A DNA stretch of 62,676 nt, from contig QVQE01000108.1 in NCBI GenBank assembly GCA_003584865.1, forward strand, positions 1-62,676. Direction: 5' to 3'. A program made the position numbers and the translations under genes. The notes beneath the pieces were generated by a model. That model ran no database searches. It was given only the letters and a program-made list of their open reading frames with translations, and was not told the DNA's origin. The DNA is from Methylococcales bacterium. Its GTDB lineage: Bacteria > Pseudomonadota > Gammaproteobacteria > Methylococcales > Methylomonadaceae. Positions 19,008 to 28,352 of this stretch are shown one piece after another (the first letter of the stretch is position 1; each line of letters begins with the position of its first letter).

Positions 19008-19940
19008 ATGAGTGCATTAATCTGCGGGTCTATGGCTTACGACACCATCATGGTGTTTCATGACAAATTTAAAAATCACATCTTGCCAGAAAAGGTACAT
19101 ATCTTAAATGTATCGTTTTTAGTGCCTGTCATGAGACGCGAGTTTGGTGGGTGTGCAGGGAATATTGCTTACAATCTGAATTTATTGGGTGAAGAAGCGT
19201 TGACGATGGCCACTGTTGGGCATGATTTTGAGCCTTATAGCCGATGGATGAATCAAAATGGCTTGTCGGGTGAGTTTATTCAGGCACTGGATCACCAGTA
19301 TACCGGTCAAGCTTATATCACTACCGATGAAGAGGGTAATCAGATTACTGCGTTTCATCCGGGTGCGATGAGTTTTTCACACTTAAATTCAATACCTGTC
19401 AATCGTGATATTAGCATAGGTATTGTGTCTCCTGATGGTAAAGACGGCATGATTCTTCATGCGGAACAGTTTGTAGAATTAGGCATTCCCTTTGTGTTTG
19501 ACCCCGGTCAGGGTATGCCTATGTTTAATGGCGCGGAGTTACTTACCTTTATTGATCAAGCCACTTGGGTAACCTTAAATGATTATGAATCTGAGTTAAT
19601 GCAAGAGCGTACGGGCCTGTCTTTAGAAGAAATAGCCAGTAGGGTAGAGGCTTTAGTGATTACTTTAGGCGCTAAGGGTTCCAAAATATATACACAAGGT
19701 CAGTGCATCACCATACCTGCAGCGAAACCAAAGGCGGTGCTTGATCCTACAGGGTGTGGTGATGCCTATCGTGCCGGCTTACTATTTGGATTGATGAATG
19801 AGTTGGATTGGGAAATCACAGGAAGAATTGCTTCGTTAATGGGCGCTATCAAGATAGAGCATCATGGTACCCAAAATCACGCTATTTTCCTTGGCGATTT
19901 TAAACAACGTTTTCATGAAAACTTTGGTTTTTCATTTTAA
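19008..19940 (+). CDS. PfkB-family carbohydrate/nucleoside kinase (adenosine kinase-like)
   Basis: MSALICGSMAYD, FGGCAGNIAY, FDPGQ, DPTGCGDAYRAG; ATG 19008 follows AAGGA. Confidence 0.88.
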   Translation: MSALICGSMAYDTIMVFHDKFKNHILPEKVHILNVSFLVPVMRREFGGCAGNIAYNLNLLGEEALTMATVGHDFEPYSRWMNQNGLSGEFIQALDHQYTGQAYITTDEEGNQITAFHPGAMSFSHLNSIPVNRDISIGIVSPDGKDGMILHAEQFVELGIPFVFDPGQGMPMFNGAELLTFIDQATWVTLNDYESELMQERTGLSLEEIASRVEALVITLGAKGSKIYTQGQCITIPAAKPKAVLDPTGCGDAYRAGLLFGLMNELDWEITGRIASLMGAIKIEHHGTQNHAIFLGDFKQRFHENFGFSF

Positions 19941-19954
19941 AACAAGCCTATTTT

Positions 19955-20758
19955 ATGCTGAAGAACACTCAACAACTGTTAGATATTATGTCCCGCTTAC
20001 GGCGACCAGACGATGGCTGTGCATGGGATATTAAACAAGACTTTACCACCTTAATTCCCTATCTTATTGAGGAGGCTTATGAAGTTGTTGATGCGATTGA
20101 ACGTAATGATCTGGATGATTTAAGGGCTGAATTAGGCGATCTGTTATTACAGGTGGTTTTTCATTCTCAAATTGCTCAAGAGCGAGGGCTTTTTAGTTTT
20201 GAAGACGTTTCGGCGGGTATCAGTGATAAGTTGATACGCAGACATCCTCATGTCTTTGCTGATGCGGTTTTTAATACCGATGCTGAGCGCCATCAGGCTT
20301 GGGAACAGGCCAAGGCGCAGGAACGTGAAGAGAAGCAAAAGGCGTCTGAGAAGTCGAGTGTGTTAGCGGGTGTTGCGGCGAGCTTCCCTGCCTTGATGGC
20401 ATGTGAAAAAATCCAGGATCGTGCTGCACAACATGGTTTTGATTGGCCTGATGTTCCTCCAGTATTCGAAAAGGTGCTGGAAGAATTGGGCGAGGTCAAG
20501 GAGGCGTGGGAGTCGGGTGATCAAGCGCATATTCAGGAAGAAATTGGTGATTTATTGCTGGTTGCTGTTAATCTGGCACGGCATTTGAAGGTTAACCCTG
20601 AAATTGCACTCAAGGAAAGTACTAAAAAGTTTTCCAGGCGTTTTCACTATATTGAAGAGCAGGTCGAAGCCTCAGGACGAAACTTGGTTGATTGTGAGTT
20701 AGCGGAGTTAGACGCTTTTTGGAATGAGGCAAAAGTAGTTTTGAAACGCAAGCCCTAG
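19955..20758 (+). CDS. mazG: Nucleoside triphosphate pyrophosphohydrolase MazG
   Basis: Tandem MazG domains: EEAYEV...ELGDLLLQVVFH, KLIRRHPHVF, GFDW, EEIGDLL. Confidence 0.95.
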   Translation: MLKNTQQLLDIMSRLRRPDDGCAWDIKQDFTTLIPYLIEEAYEVVDAIERNDLDDLRAELGDLLLQVVFHSQIAQERGLFSFEDVSAGISDKLIRRHPHVFADAVFNTDAERHQAWEQAKAQEREEKQKASEKSSVLAGVAASFPALMACEKIQDRAAQHGFDWPDVPPVFEKVLEELGEVKEAWESGDQAHIQEEIGDLLLVAVNLARHLKVNPEIALKESTKKFSRRFHYIEEQVEASGRNLVDCELAELDAFWNEAKVVLKRKP

Positions 20759-20827
20759 AGAGATGAAGTTAAAAAAACGTTGTAAATAAAGTTGTAAACA
20801 TAATTGGCTTGTGAGTTTTTGGTAATA

Positions 20828-22720
20828 ATGAGTAATGAATATAATGCGGCCGCGATAGAAGTTTTAAGCGGATTAGAGCCGGTTCGTAAAAGACCGGGTA
20901 TGTATACGGATACCACCCGACCTAATCACCTGGTACAAGAGGTGGTTGATAATAGTGTCGATGAGGCCATGGCGGGTCATGCCAAGACGATCAATGTCAT
21001 TTTGTATAAAGATGGGTCGGTTTTGGTGAGTGATGATGGTCGCGGTATGCCTGTGGATATTCATCCAGAGCAGGGCATTCCTGGTGTTGAGGTTATTCTT
21101 ACGAAATTACACGCGGGCGGTAAGTTTTCTAATAAGAATTACCAGTTTTCGGGTGGTCTGCATGGCGTGGGAGTGTCTGTCGTTAATGCTTTATCTGCCC
21201 AATTGAACATTGAAGTTAAACGGAACGGTAAAGTCTATGCCATGACGTTTGCTGATGGTGAAAAGCAAACAGAGTTAGTCGAAACAGGCACAGTCGGGCG
21301 AAATAATACAGGAACCACTGTCACGTTTTGGCCCAACGAAAAGTATTTTGATTCCAGTAAAATATCGGTTAGCAAATTAAAGCACGTGCTTCGGGCTAAA
21401 GCGGTATTGTGTCCAGGTTTAAAGATTACTTTAAAGGATGAGCAAAGTAACGAAGAGTGGGTATGGTGCTATCAAAACGGTCTTAAAGAGTATTTGTTAG
21501 ATAGAATCGGAGATATTGAGTTTTTTCCTGAGCAACCGTTTATGGGGGATATTGCTGCGAAGCATGAGGCGGTTGAATGGGGAGTTGTTTGGGCATTTGA
21601 AAATCCATCTGAAGTACTGAATGAGAGTTATGTCAACCTAGTGCCTACCGCTCAAGGTGGAACCCACGTTAATGGTTTGCGTGCCGGCTTAACGGAGGCG
21701 ATGAGGGAGTTTTGTGATATTAGAGGGATTTTGCCGCGTGGGGTTAAGGTGGCTCCTGAAGATGTCTGGGAAAATTGTCATTTTGTGCTTTCAGTTAAGT
21801 TAGAAGATCCTCAGTTTTCAGGTCAAACAAAAGAGCGTTTGAGTTCAAGAGAGTGCGTAGCGTTTGTGTCTGGAGTCGCTAAAGATAGTTTTAGTCTTTG
21901 GTTGAATCAGAATCCGGCGGAAGGCGAGAAAATAGCTGAGATTATCATTTCTAGCGCACAGAAAAGATTACGCTCTAATAAAAAGATTATCCGTAAACGA
22001 ATTACCGCCGGGCCGGCTTTACCGGGAAAATTGGCTGATTGCTCAGCGCAAGATATTGCCCGGACTGAATTATTTTTAGTCGAAGGTGATTCGGCAGGGG
22101 GGTCGGCCAAGCAGGCTCGTGAGCGTGATTTTCAAGCAATTATGCCCTTGCGGGGTAAGATTCTTAACACCTGGGAAGTAGAGTCCAGTCAAGTGATGGC
22201 GTCACAAGAGGTTCATGATATTGCAGTTGCCTTGGGAATAGAACCGGGTTCCAGTGATTTGCAAGGGCTTCGTTATGGCAAGGTATGTATTCTTGCCGAT
22301 GCGGATTCTGATGGTAATCATATTGCTACCTTAATTTGCGCTTTATTTTATCAACACTTTACCGCGTTGGTAAGGGAAGGGCATGTGTTTGTCGCTATGC
22401 CGCCTTTATATCGAATTGATGTGGGTAAACGGGTGTTTTATGCTTTAGATGAGGCTGAGCGTTTGGGCGTTCTGGATAGAATTAAAGCCGAAAAGCTAAA
22501 AGGCCAGATTAATGTGCAACGCTTTAAAGGCTTGGGTGAAATGAATCCGGGTCAACTTCGGGAAACGACCATGAATCCTGATACCCGTCGTTTAGTGCAA
22601 TTAACCATTAAAGAAAATGATGATACTAGCGTACAGTTAGATTTGTTATTAGCCAAAAAACGTTCTTCCGATAGAAAAGTATGGTTAGAGACTAAAGGTA
22701 ACTTAGCTGATATTGCTTGA
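20828..22720 (+). CDS. parE: DNA topoisomerase IV subunit B
   Basis: LEPVRKRPGMYTDT, EVVDNSVDE, FSGGLHGVG, VEGDSAGGSAKQ, ADADSDG, QRFKGLGEMN. ATG at 20828 preferred over TTG at 20804. Confidence 0.95.
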   Translation: MSNEYNAAAIEVLSGLEPVRKRPGMYTDTTRPNHLVQEVVDNSVDEAMAGHAKTINVILYKDGSVLVSDDGRGMPVDIHPEQGIPGVEVILTKLHAGGKFSNKNYQFSGGLHGVGVSVVNALSAQLNIEVKRNGKVYAMTFADGEKQTELVETGTVGRNNTGTTVTFWPNEKYFDSSKISVSKLKHVLRAKAVLCPGLKITLKDEQSNEEWVWCYQNGLKEYLLDRIGDIEFFPEQPFMGDIAAKHEAVEWGVVWAFENPSEVLNESYVNLVPTAQGGTHVNGLRAGLTEAMREFCDIRGILPRGVKVAPEDVWENCHFVLSVKLEDPQFSGQTKERLSSRECVAFVSGVAKDSFSLWLNQNPAEGEKIAEIIISSAQKRLRSNKKIIRKRITAGPALPGKLADCSAQDIARTELFLVEGDSAGGSAKQARERDFQAIMPLRGKILNTWEVESSQVMASQEVHDIAVALGIEPGSSDLQGLRYGKVCILADADSDGNHIATLICALFYQHFTALVREGHVFVAMPPLYRIDVGKRVFYALDEAERLGVLDRIKAEKLKGQINVQRFKGLGEMNPGQLRETTMNPDTRRLVQLTIKENDDTSVQLDLLLAKKRSSDRKVWLETKGNLADIA

Positions 22721-22746
22721 TGAGTAATGGCAATGAATGCTTCATA

Positions 22747-23847
22747 TCATGGAAGTTTAATTTCTTGACGACGAGCGATGACAGCCTCACTGAGGGTTTT
22801 CAATAGCTGGATGGTATCTTCCCAGCCCAGGCAGGCATCAGTAATACTTTGACCATAAACGAGCTTAGCCGGATCATCCTTACCAGCTGTGAATTTCTGT
22901 CCACCCGCTTTTAGGTGACTTTCTATCATCACACCAAAAATGTGTTGAGAACCATTAGCCAGTTGCTCAGCGATATTATTCACCACATTGCTTTGATTCT
23001 CATGCTGTTTGTTGCTGTTAGCATGTGAGCAATCGATCATCAAACGAGAATTTATATGGGCTGCTGCCAGTTCTTTGCCAATACGCTCTACACTAGTGGC
23101 ATCATAGTTTGGCTGTTTACCGCCGCGCAAGATAACATGACAATATTTATTGCCAGTGGTATGCACAATCGCAACGTGACCGTTTTTGTGTACACCCAGG
23201 AAGTGATGCGGATTTGCTGCTGACTGAATGGCATCAGCAGCGATTCGAATATTGCCGTCGGTGCTGTTCTTGAACCCTATCGGCGCAGAAACTCCCGATG
23301 CCAGTTCTCGATGTATCTGGCTTTCGGTGGTACGTGCGCCGATGGCACCCCAACTGATTAAGTCACCAATATATTGTGGTGAGATGGTGTCCAGTAATTC
23401 GGCAGCAGCAGGGACGCCCAATTGATTAATCTCAGTGAGTAAACGTCGTGCAATGCGTAAGCCATCGTTGATACGAAAACTTTCGTCTAGCCAGGGGTCG
23501 TTGATCAGACCTTTCCAGCCCACTGTTGTCCGGGGCTTCTCAAAATAAACCCGCATCACAATTTCCAATGAGTCAGCAGCGTAACTGTCTCGCTGCTCTT
23601 GTAATTTTTGTGCGTATTCTATCGCGGCTTGAGGATCATGTATTGAACAAGGCCCGATGACGACGAGTAGTCGATTATCCTTGCCAGTAAGTATATTTTT
23701 GATGTTTTGACGTGTTCTGGAGACCAGGCTTTCTATCGCTGTACCGTGAATTGGAAACTCACGTAACAATAATTCGGGAGGTGGCAACGGATGAATTGAA
23801 AAAATAGACTCATCATCGGTCAGGCTGGTTTTATCGAGTGTCGTCAT
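22747..23847 (-). CDS. Class I DAHP synthase (AroG/F/H type)
   Basis: GPCSIHD, YFEKPRTTVGWKGLIND, IGARTTESQ, GFKN, DCSHANS, GQSITDAC. Confidence 0.94.
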   Translation of the reverse strand: MTTLDKTSLTDDESIFSIHPLPPPELLLREFPIHGTAIESLVSRTRQNIKNILTGKDNRLLVVIGPCSIHDPQAAIEYAQKLQEQRDSYAADSLEIVMRVYFEKPRTTVGWKGLINDPWLDESFRINDGLRIARRLLTEINQLGVPAAAELLDTISPQYIGDLISWGAIGARTTESQIHRELASGVSAPIGFKNSTDGNIRIAADAIQSAANPHHFLGVHKNGHVAIVHTTGNKYCHVILRGGKQPNYDATSVERIGKELAAAHINSRLMIDCSHANSNKQHENQSNVVNNIAEQLANGSQHIFGVMIESHLKAGGQKFTAGKDDPAKLVYGQSITDACLGWEDTIQLLKTLSEAVIARRQEIKLP

Positions 23848-23879
23848 CCGCGTAATCTTGGCATTGCTATAAAAGGATT

Positions 23880-26039
23880 TTAGTACTGAAGCTTCGTTAT
23901 CCAGGGATCTTTAGAATAAGGGTCAATATGGAATGCGAGTGCTTCAGATTTATGCAAAAGCCCTTCTTCACCCGAGGCATTAGGGTTAAGTTGTCTTTTT
24001 TCTACGAAATCAACCATCCGATGTGCGTTATAAATCAATAGAACACGATTGGTATTTCTGTGCTGGTAAATCTGGTAAGCCACATTACTTTCATCAAATG
24101 TTTTATTTTTGCTAATTAATATCTGAAGCTTTTCATCGTCATCACCCACTAAATTTCTCAAGAGGGAGTCCTCGCGTTCTTTGATAGCTATGGTTAGGGT
24201 CTCTAGTAAAGTACCGGAGAGTTGACTTTTTTGCAGTTCTTTCACTTCTTGGTCTGAGAAGTAAAAGCTTTCTGCCACTAAGTAATGAGTGCCTTTTTCG
24301 CCATCATTGGCAAATAAAGAAATCTTATCCAAGGCGTCATGTTCCAGTGCGTTTAAAAAAGAGCGGGGCGCTCGAATATGCTTATCGACAGTGACCACCC
24401 AAGGCAATGCACGACCGCTCTTTTCAAAACGTTTTTTGACGCTGGTAATGACATTGGAACGAACCAACTCGGTTTCGCGCCCTTCTGGCTTGGTAATAAA
24501 AGCATCAACGCCAGTGATTTGAGTATAGAAGCCTTCGTCTTTAAAGCGGTTGACTATATTAGAGTACCGGGGCTGATAAGGAATGCCGGTACCATCATAG
24601 AGAATGTTGATACGATTCAATCGGGCATGTTCTGCAACAGCATCACGCAATCTATTTGCAAAAGGCTCAACATAAACATAATCGTCACTGTGGTGGCTTG
24701 CTGCGGTGAGTACTTGATAAAGATCACTTTGTTTACGAAATTCATCCAAAGAGGCCACGACAAAGTTATCGTCGCAATAAGCATGAGCTATTTGCTCGAC
24801 GGCTGTTTTTCCTGAGCCTGCCCCCCCCATAGACATAAATAAATGTGGGTGACGTACTGGTGTTTTACCTTCAAATACACAGTCTCTCGCTTTATCTAAT
24901 TTCTTGGTAATTTTGCTGAGTCGTTCGTAAGCAATTTCAACCGCACGTTGTAATCGACTGTCGCTATCAGCCGCTGATAACATGCGATCTTTTAGCCTTT
25001 CATTGTAGACCAAGTCAAAGATTAATGCTTTTTCACCCTCACACTGCTTGAGAAGTTGCACGACCTCGGTGTGTGCAGGTGAGCGCAAGCCAGTTAACAT
25101 ATTGATGTCAAGGCAGAAGAGCGGGGCGGCACCGTCTTCTTCAATGCTGATACCGTCAATTTCATAATGACCAGTTTGGCGTAAGGATTCTGTTTTGGGC
25201 AAATAACCAATCATGTTTTCAGACGCACACAGAGGGTAATCTGCTAAATGTTTTCCTGCTATAAATATTTCCTGGGATATGCGATCTAATGGCACCAGTC
25301 CACCATTGACAGAGACCACGCACAATATGCCGGTTGCTGTGGTGTGAGACAGGAACGGAATGCCGTGTATAAACAGTTTGTTTTCTGGCCATTTCCCATA
25401 AGCGTTGGGCTTATTTTGCAGGCTTTTACAACGGGTTGGATCAAAAGCATGTTCAAAAGCAACGGTGATTTCGCGTAAGGAGCTATCAGGATTGTGTAGC
25501 ACAGCGGCATCGGATGATTCAATGCGTCTAAAGTCGATCCCCTGCTCATAGACGCCTTTTATAGCGGGTAATTTACCTAGCATGGTAATAAAGAAATCCA
25601 GTGTTAACCGGTTTCCATAAGAGAAGGGTCTTACACAACGCATTTTGTAGTAAAAATTGGCGAGTCTTTCGGCAATATTTTCTGTTTTGATAACGAACCC
25701 ATTGTTATCAAAAATAGCGGTATCATCATTGACATCGCCATCTAAAACTAAACTTTCAATAGTTTCCCGAAACCGTTTTCTTTTATCAGGATCGGTCATG
25801 GTGCCGGGACGATGACAAACCGTCGGTTGCTCTTTCCAGTCTTGAAACATTTCTCGATGAATTCGAGAAAAAAGTTCAGTCAGGTAGGTGACTCGTTTAG
25901 TTTGGTCATGAGAGACAGTGCCTTCTGCTTCTTGCTGTAGTGTTGACAAGAGTTTCGTGCCTTGAGAAATAGCGAGAGCAGTACGCAATTTCTTCAGTTG
26001 TTTGTAGCCGATTACTTTAGGGATAGTGTCTTTGCTCAT
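23880..26039 (-). CDS. Fusion of a degenerate Fic-like domain and a Zeta-toxin-type P-loop kinase
   Basis: N-terminal IHREMFQDW and RPFSYGNRLT (compare Fic HPFxxGNGR). C-terminal MGGAGSGKT (Walker A), SLDEFR, LYDGTG, SGRALP. Confidence 0.72.
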   Translation of the reverse strand: MSKDTIPKVIGYKQLKKLRTALAISQGTKLLSTLQQEAEGTVSHDQTKRVTYLTELFSRIHREMFQDWKEQPTVCHRPGTMTDPDKRKRFRETIESLVLDGDVNDDTAIFDNNGFVIKTENIAERLANFYYKMRCVRPFSYGNRLTLDFFITMLGKLPAIKGVYEQGIDFRRIESSDAAVLHNPDSSLREITVAFEHAFDPTRCKSLQNKPNAYGKWPENKLFIHGIPFLSHTTATGILCVVSVNGGLVPLDRISQEIFIAGKHLADYPLCASENMIGYLPKTESLRQTGHYEIDGISIEEDGAAPLFCLDINMLTGLRSPAHTEVVQLLKQCEGEKALIFDLVYNERLKDRMLSAADSDSRLQRAVEIAYERLSKITKKLDKARDCVFEGKTPVRHPHLFMSMGGAGSGKTAVEQIAHAYCDDNFVVASLDEFRKQSDLYQVLTAASHHSDDYVYVEPFANRLRDAVAEHARLNRINILYDGTGIPYQPRYSNIVNRFKDEGFYTQITGVDAFITKPEGRETELVRSNVITSVKKRFEKSGRALPWVVTVDKHIRAPRSFLNALEHDALDKISLFANDGEKGTHYLVAESFYFSDQEVKELQKSQLSGTLLETLTIAIKEREDSLLRNLVGDDDEKLQILISKNKTFDESNVAYQIYQHRNTNRVLLIYNAHRMVDFVEKRQLNPNASGEEGLLHKSEALAFHIDPYSKDPWITKLQY

Positions 26040-26057
26040 GAATTTAATCCAAGTAAC

Positions 26058-26173
26058 AATGATTCAATCGAAATCAGGGCAACCGCAGGGATTGACCCTA
26101 CGGTATATTTACCGTAGGGGCTGGGTTTACCCCTGCCCGTCAATACGATAAGAATGATTCAATCGAAATCAGG
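26058..26173. repeat. Inverted REP-like doublet bracketed by a 21-bp direct repeat
   Basis: AATGATTCAATCGAAATCAGG at 26058-26078 and 26153-26173 surrounds GGGCAACCGCAGGGATTGACCCTAC...GTAGGGGCTGGGTTTACCCCTGCCC. Confidence 0.75.
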
Positions 26174-26801
26174 ATAATTTGTGTAACTAGAGAAGGGAAT
26201 ATCCCGTCTAAAGTTAGTAGCACAAAAATGTACGGTATAAGTATAGCAAATAAAATTAGCCTTTATAGGGTTAGTTTAAGCATTTGTACGACTTTGACTA
26301 AATCGGTAAAAACGCCGCATTTGCTGGATGGTATGGTGCAGATAACTTGTGCTGTGTGTCGTGAACGGCCTAATTGTTAATGGTCAATTAAAGAAAAAAG
26401 CCATCTTGGATAGCAATAGGTATCATACAGAGCTTTGCTACTGTGATTAAAATACTAACGCAACATTATTTTACTTGTTATTTTGCAACAAGCATAATAT
26501 GCTGAAAAAAACGTTATCAGCATAATGTTGCCATATAGGTATTCTAAATTCTCAACGCTACTTCATATTTAAAACTGGGCAGTCATAACAAAAGCCTAGT
26601 GATACAAACCGTTAAGCCTCAATAAGGATATTTTGGAACTGTAATAAGTGCTTTATCCTAAACCATGAAGCTGGTATATGTTGGCCACACATTTTGTATG
26701 GGTAATAGCAGTAGCAGCGCATTATAAACGGTCAATTGACTCATCAATAATGTCAAAAAACGCAATAAACGCCAACACACAACCGCTAGAAAGGATCAAC
26801 C

Positions 26802-28169
26802 ATGAAGATTAAATCATTAGTACTCGCCATCAGCACAGTGTTATGTACCGCCGCAGTCTGGGCAGATAATAAAGTGACCACGGATGCATCAGGTAATAAC
26901 AATACGATTAATGCCACCCAGCAGGGTGGAGATGGCAATACCACTATTATCACTCAAGTGAGTGATAATAACCAAAGCACAACCAGCCAAACAGGTAATA
27001 ATAATACGGCTTCCGTAAACCAACATAATTACAATGATGGGTGGCTGGGGGAGGTTAGTAATAATGGGACAGGATTAGCCGCTATCAATCAAACAGGCGA
27101 TAATAATTTCGCAACTATCGATCAAGGCAATAGTACGTATCAAGCCGCTTATGGTTATTTGGGGAGTCAATCCACCGCAACCATTAATCAACTGTCTAGC
27201 AATTCTGTTGCTAATATTATTCAATATTATCAGCTTGGCACAAATTTGGCGGCGATTAACCAAGCAGGAGATACTAATACTGCTAATATTACTCAAAGTT
27301 ATGGTGCTGGTGACAGCGCCAGCATTTCCCAAGACGGCTCTGGTAATACCGCTACCATTACTCAAGATACGGATCCTGGGAATACTGGTAATACAGCTTC
27401 TATTACTCAAACTGACGCAGGCAATCAAGCCACTATTAACCAACAAAGCAACAATAGTACCGCTACTATTAATCAAAGCGGTTATCGCGACACTACAAGT
27501 ATTAGTCAGACCTCCGGTGCATATAATAGTGCAAATGTTACCCAGACCTATGGCGCATATAACAGCGCAAGTGTTACCCAAAGCGGAATGTCTGACACGA
27601 CTGCCATTGTTCAAGGCGGTGGTTACCAAGGTATTACCCTGGACCAAAAAAATGACAACAGTGCCGCCACTATTAATCAAAACGGTGGTTACAATAGCAT
27701 AGGTGTTACCCAAAACGGAATGTCTGACACGACTGCTATTGTTCAAGGCGGTGGTTACCAAGGTATTACCCTGGATCAAAAAAATGACAACAGTGCTGCT
27801 ACTATTAATCAATACGGTAGTTACAATAGCGTAAGAGTTACCCAAAGCGGAATGTCTGACACTGCTACTATTGCTCAAAACGGTGGTTTCAGTGGTATCA
27901 CCCTTGACCAGGAAAATAACAACAGTACCGCCACTATTAATCAAAACGGTGGTTACAATAACGCAGGCGTTACCCAAAGCGGAATGTCTGACACGACTAC
28001 TATTGTTCAAGGCGGTGGTAACTACGATATTGTCACCGTCCTCAGTCAGACCGGCGACAACAATAACGCCATTATCAATCAAAATATCGACGGCTCGTCT
28101 GCCTTCAATTATATTGCTAATGTAACCCAGTCAGGTTCTGGCAATACCGCAACGATAACCCAACAATAA
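26802..28169 (+). CDS. Secreted curlin-repeat (CsgA/CsgB-like amyloid) protein
   Basis: Sec signal peptide (MKIKSLVLAISTVLCTAAVWA), then many ~11-aa N-x-A-x-I/V-x-Q-x-G repeats; rich in N, Q, G, S and T. Confidence 0.82.
   Translation: MKIKSLVLAISTVLCTAAVWADNKVTTDASGNNNTINATQQGGDGNTTIITQVSDNNQSTTSQTGNNNTASVNQHNYNDGWLGEVSNNGTGLAAINQTGDNNFATIDQGNSTYQAAYGYLGSQSTATINQLSSNSVANIIQYYQLGTNLAAINQAGDTNTANITQSYGAGDSASISQDGSGNTATITQDTDPGNTGNTASITQTDAGNQATINQQSNNSTATINQSGYRDTTSISQTSGAYNSANVTQTYGAYNSASVTQSGMSDTTAIVQGGGYQGITLDQKNDNSAATINQNGGYNSIGVTQNGMSDTTAIVQGGGYQGITLDQKNDNSAATINQYGSYNSVRVTQSGMSDTATIAQNGGFSGITLDQENNNSTATINQNGGYNNAGVTQSGMSDTTTIVQGGGNYDIVTVLSQTGDNNNAIINQNIDGSSAFNYIANVTQSGSGNTATITQQ
27573..28020 (+). 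repeat. 132-bp (44-aa) internal tandem repeat, ~3.4 copies
   Basis: GTTACCCAAA(G/A)CGGAATGTCTGACAC recurs at 27573, 27705, 27837 and 27969. Confidence 0.92.
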
Positions 28170-28176
28170 TCAGCCA

Positions 28177-28257
28177 GTAGCCTCGATGTAGTAAAACGTA
28201 ATCGAGGATTTGCAGACTTCGATAGTCCTCGATTCCCTGTTATGGCATCGAGGCCAC
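28177..28257. repeat. Inverted pair of GTAG-type REP-like palindromes after the curlin gene
   Basis: GTAGCCTCGATG...ATCGAGG followed by CCTCGATT...CATCGAGGCCAC. Confidence 0.65.
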
Positions 28258-28273
28258 CCTGTTTTATGATCAT

Positions 28274-28338
28274 ATCAACTTTTCAGGGACTAATCCTGGC
28301 ATTGCAAGACTATTGGTCAAGTCAGGGCTGTATTTTAT
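28274..28338 (+). pseudogene. Duplicated 5' fragment of glyQ
   Basis: 63/65 identical to 29417-29481 (encodes [21 protein letters not shown]). Confidence 0.92.
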
Positions 28339-28352
28339 CGTGCGTTAGTTCT

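Noticed and set aside
26590-26730. Possible c-di-GMP riboswitch upstream of the curlin gene (CCTAAACCAT segment)
   Set aside because: The GGCAAACC-GNRA-GGACGCAAAG core and paired stems could not be built by eye. An Infernal/Rfam scan would settle it.
27075-28082. 335-aa antisense ORF and alternative-frame ORFs in the curlin gene
   Set aside because: Shadow frames produced by repetitive, biased codon use in the real gene.
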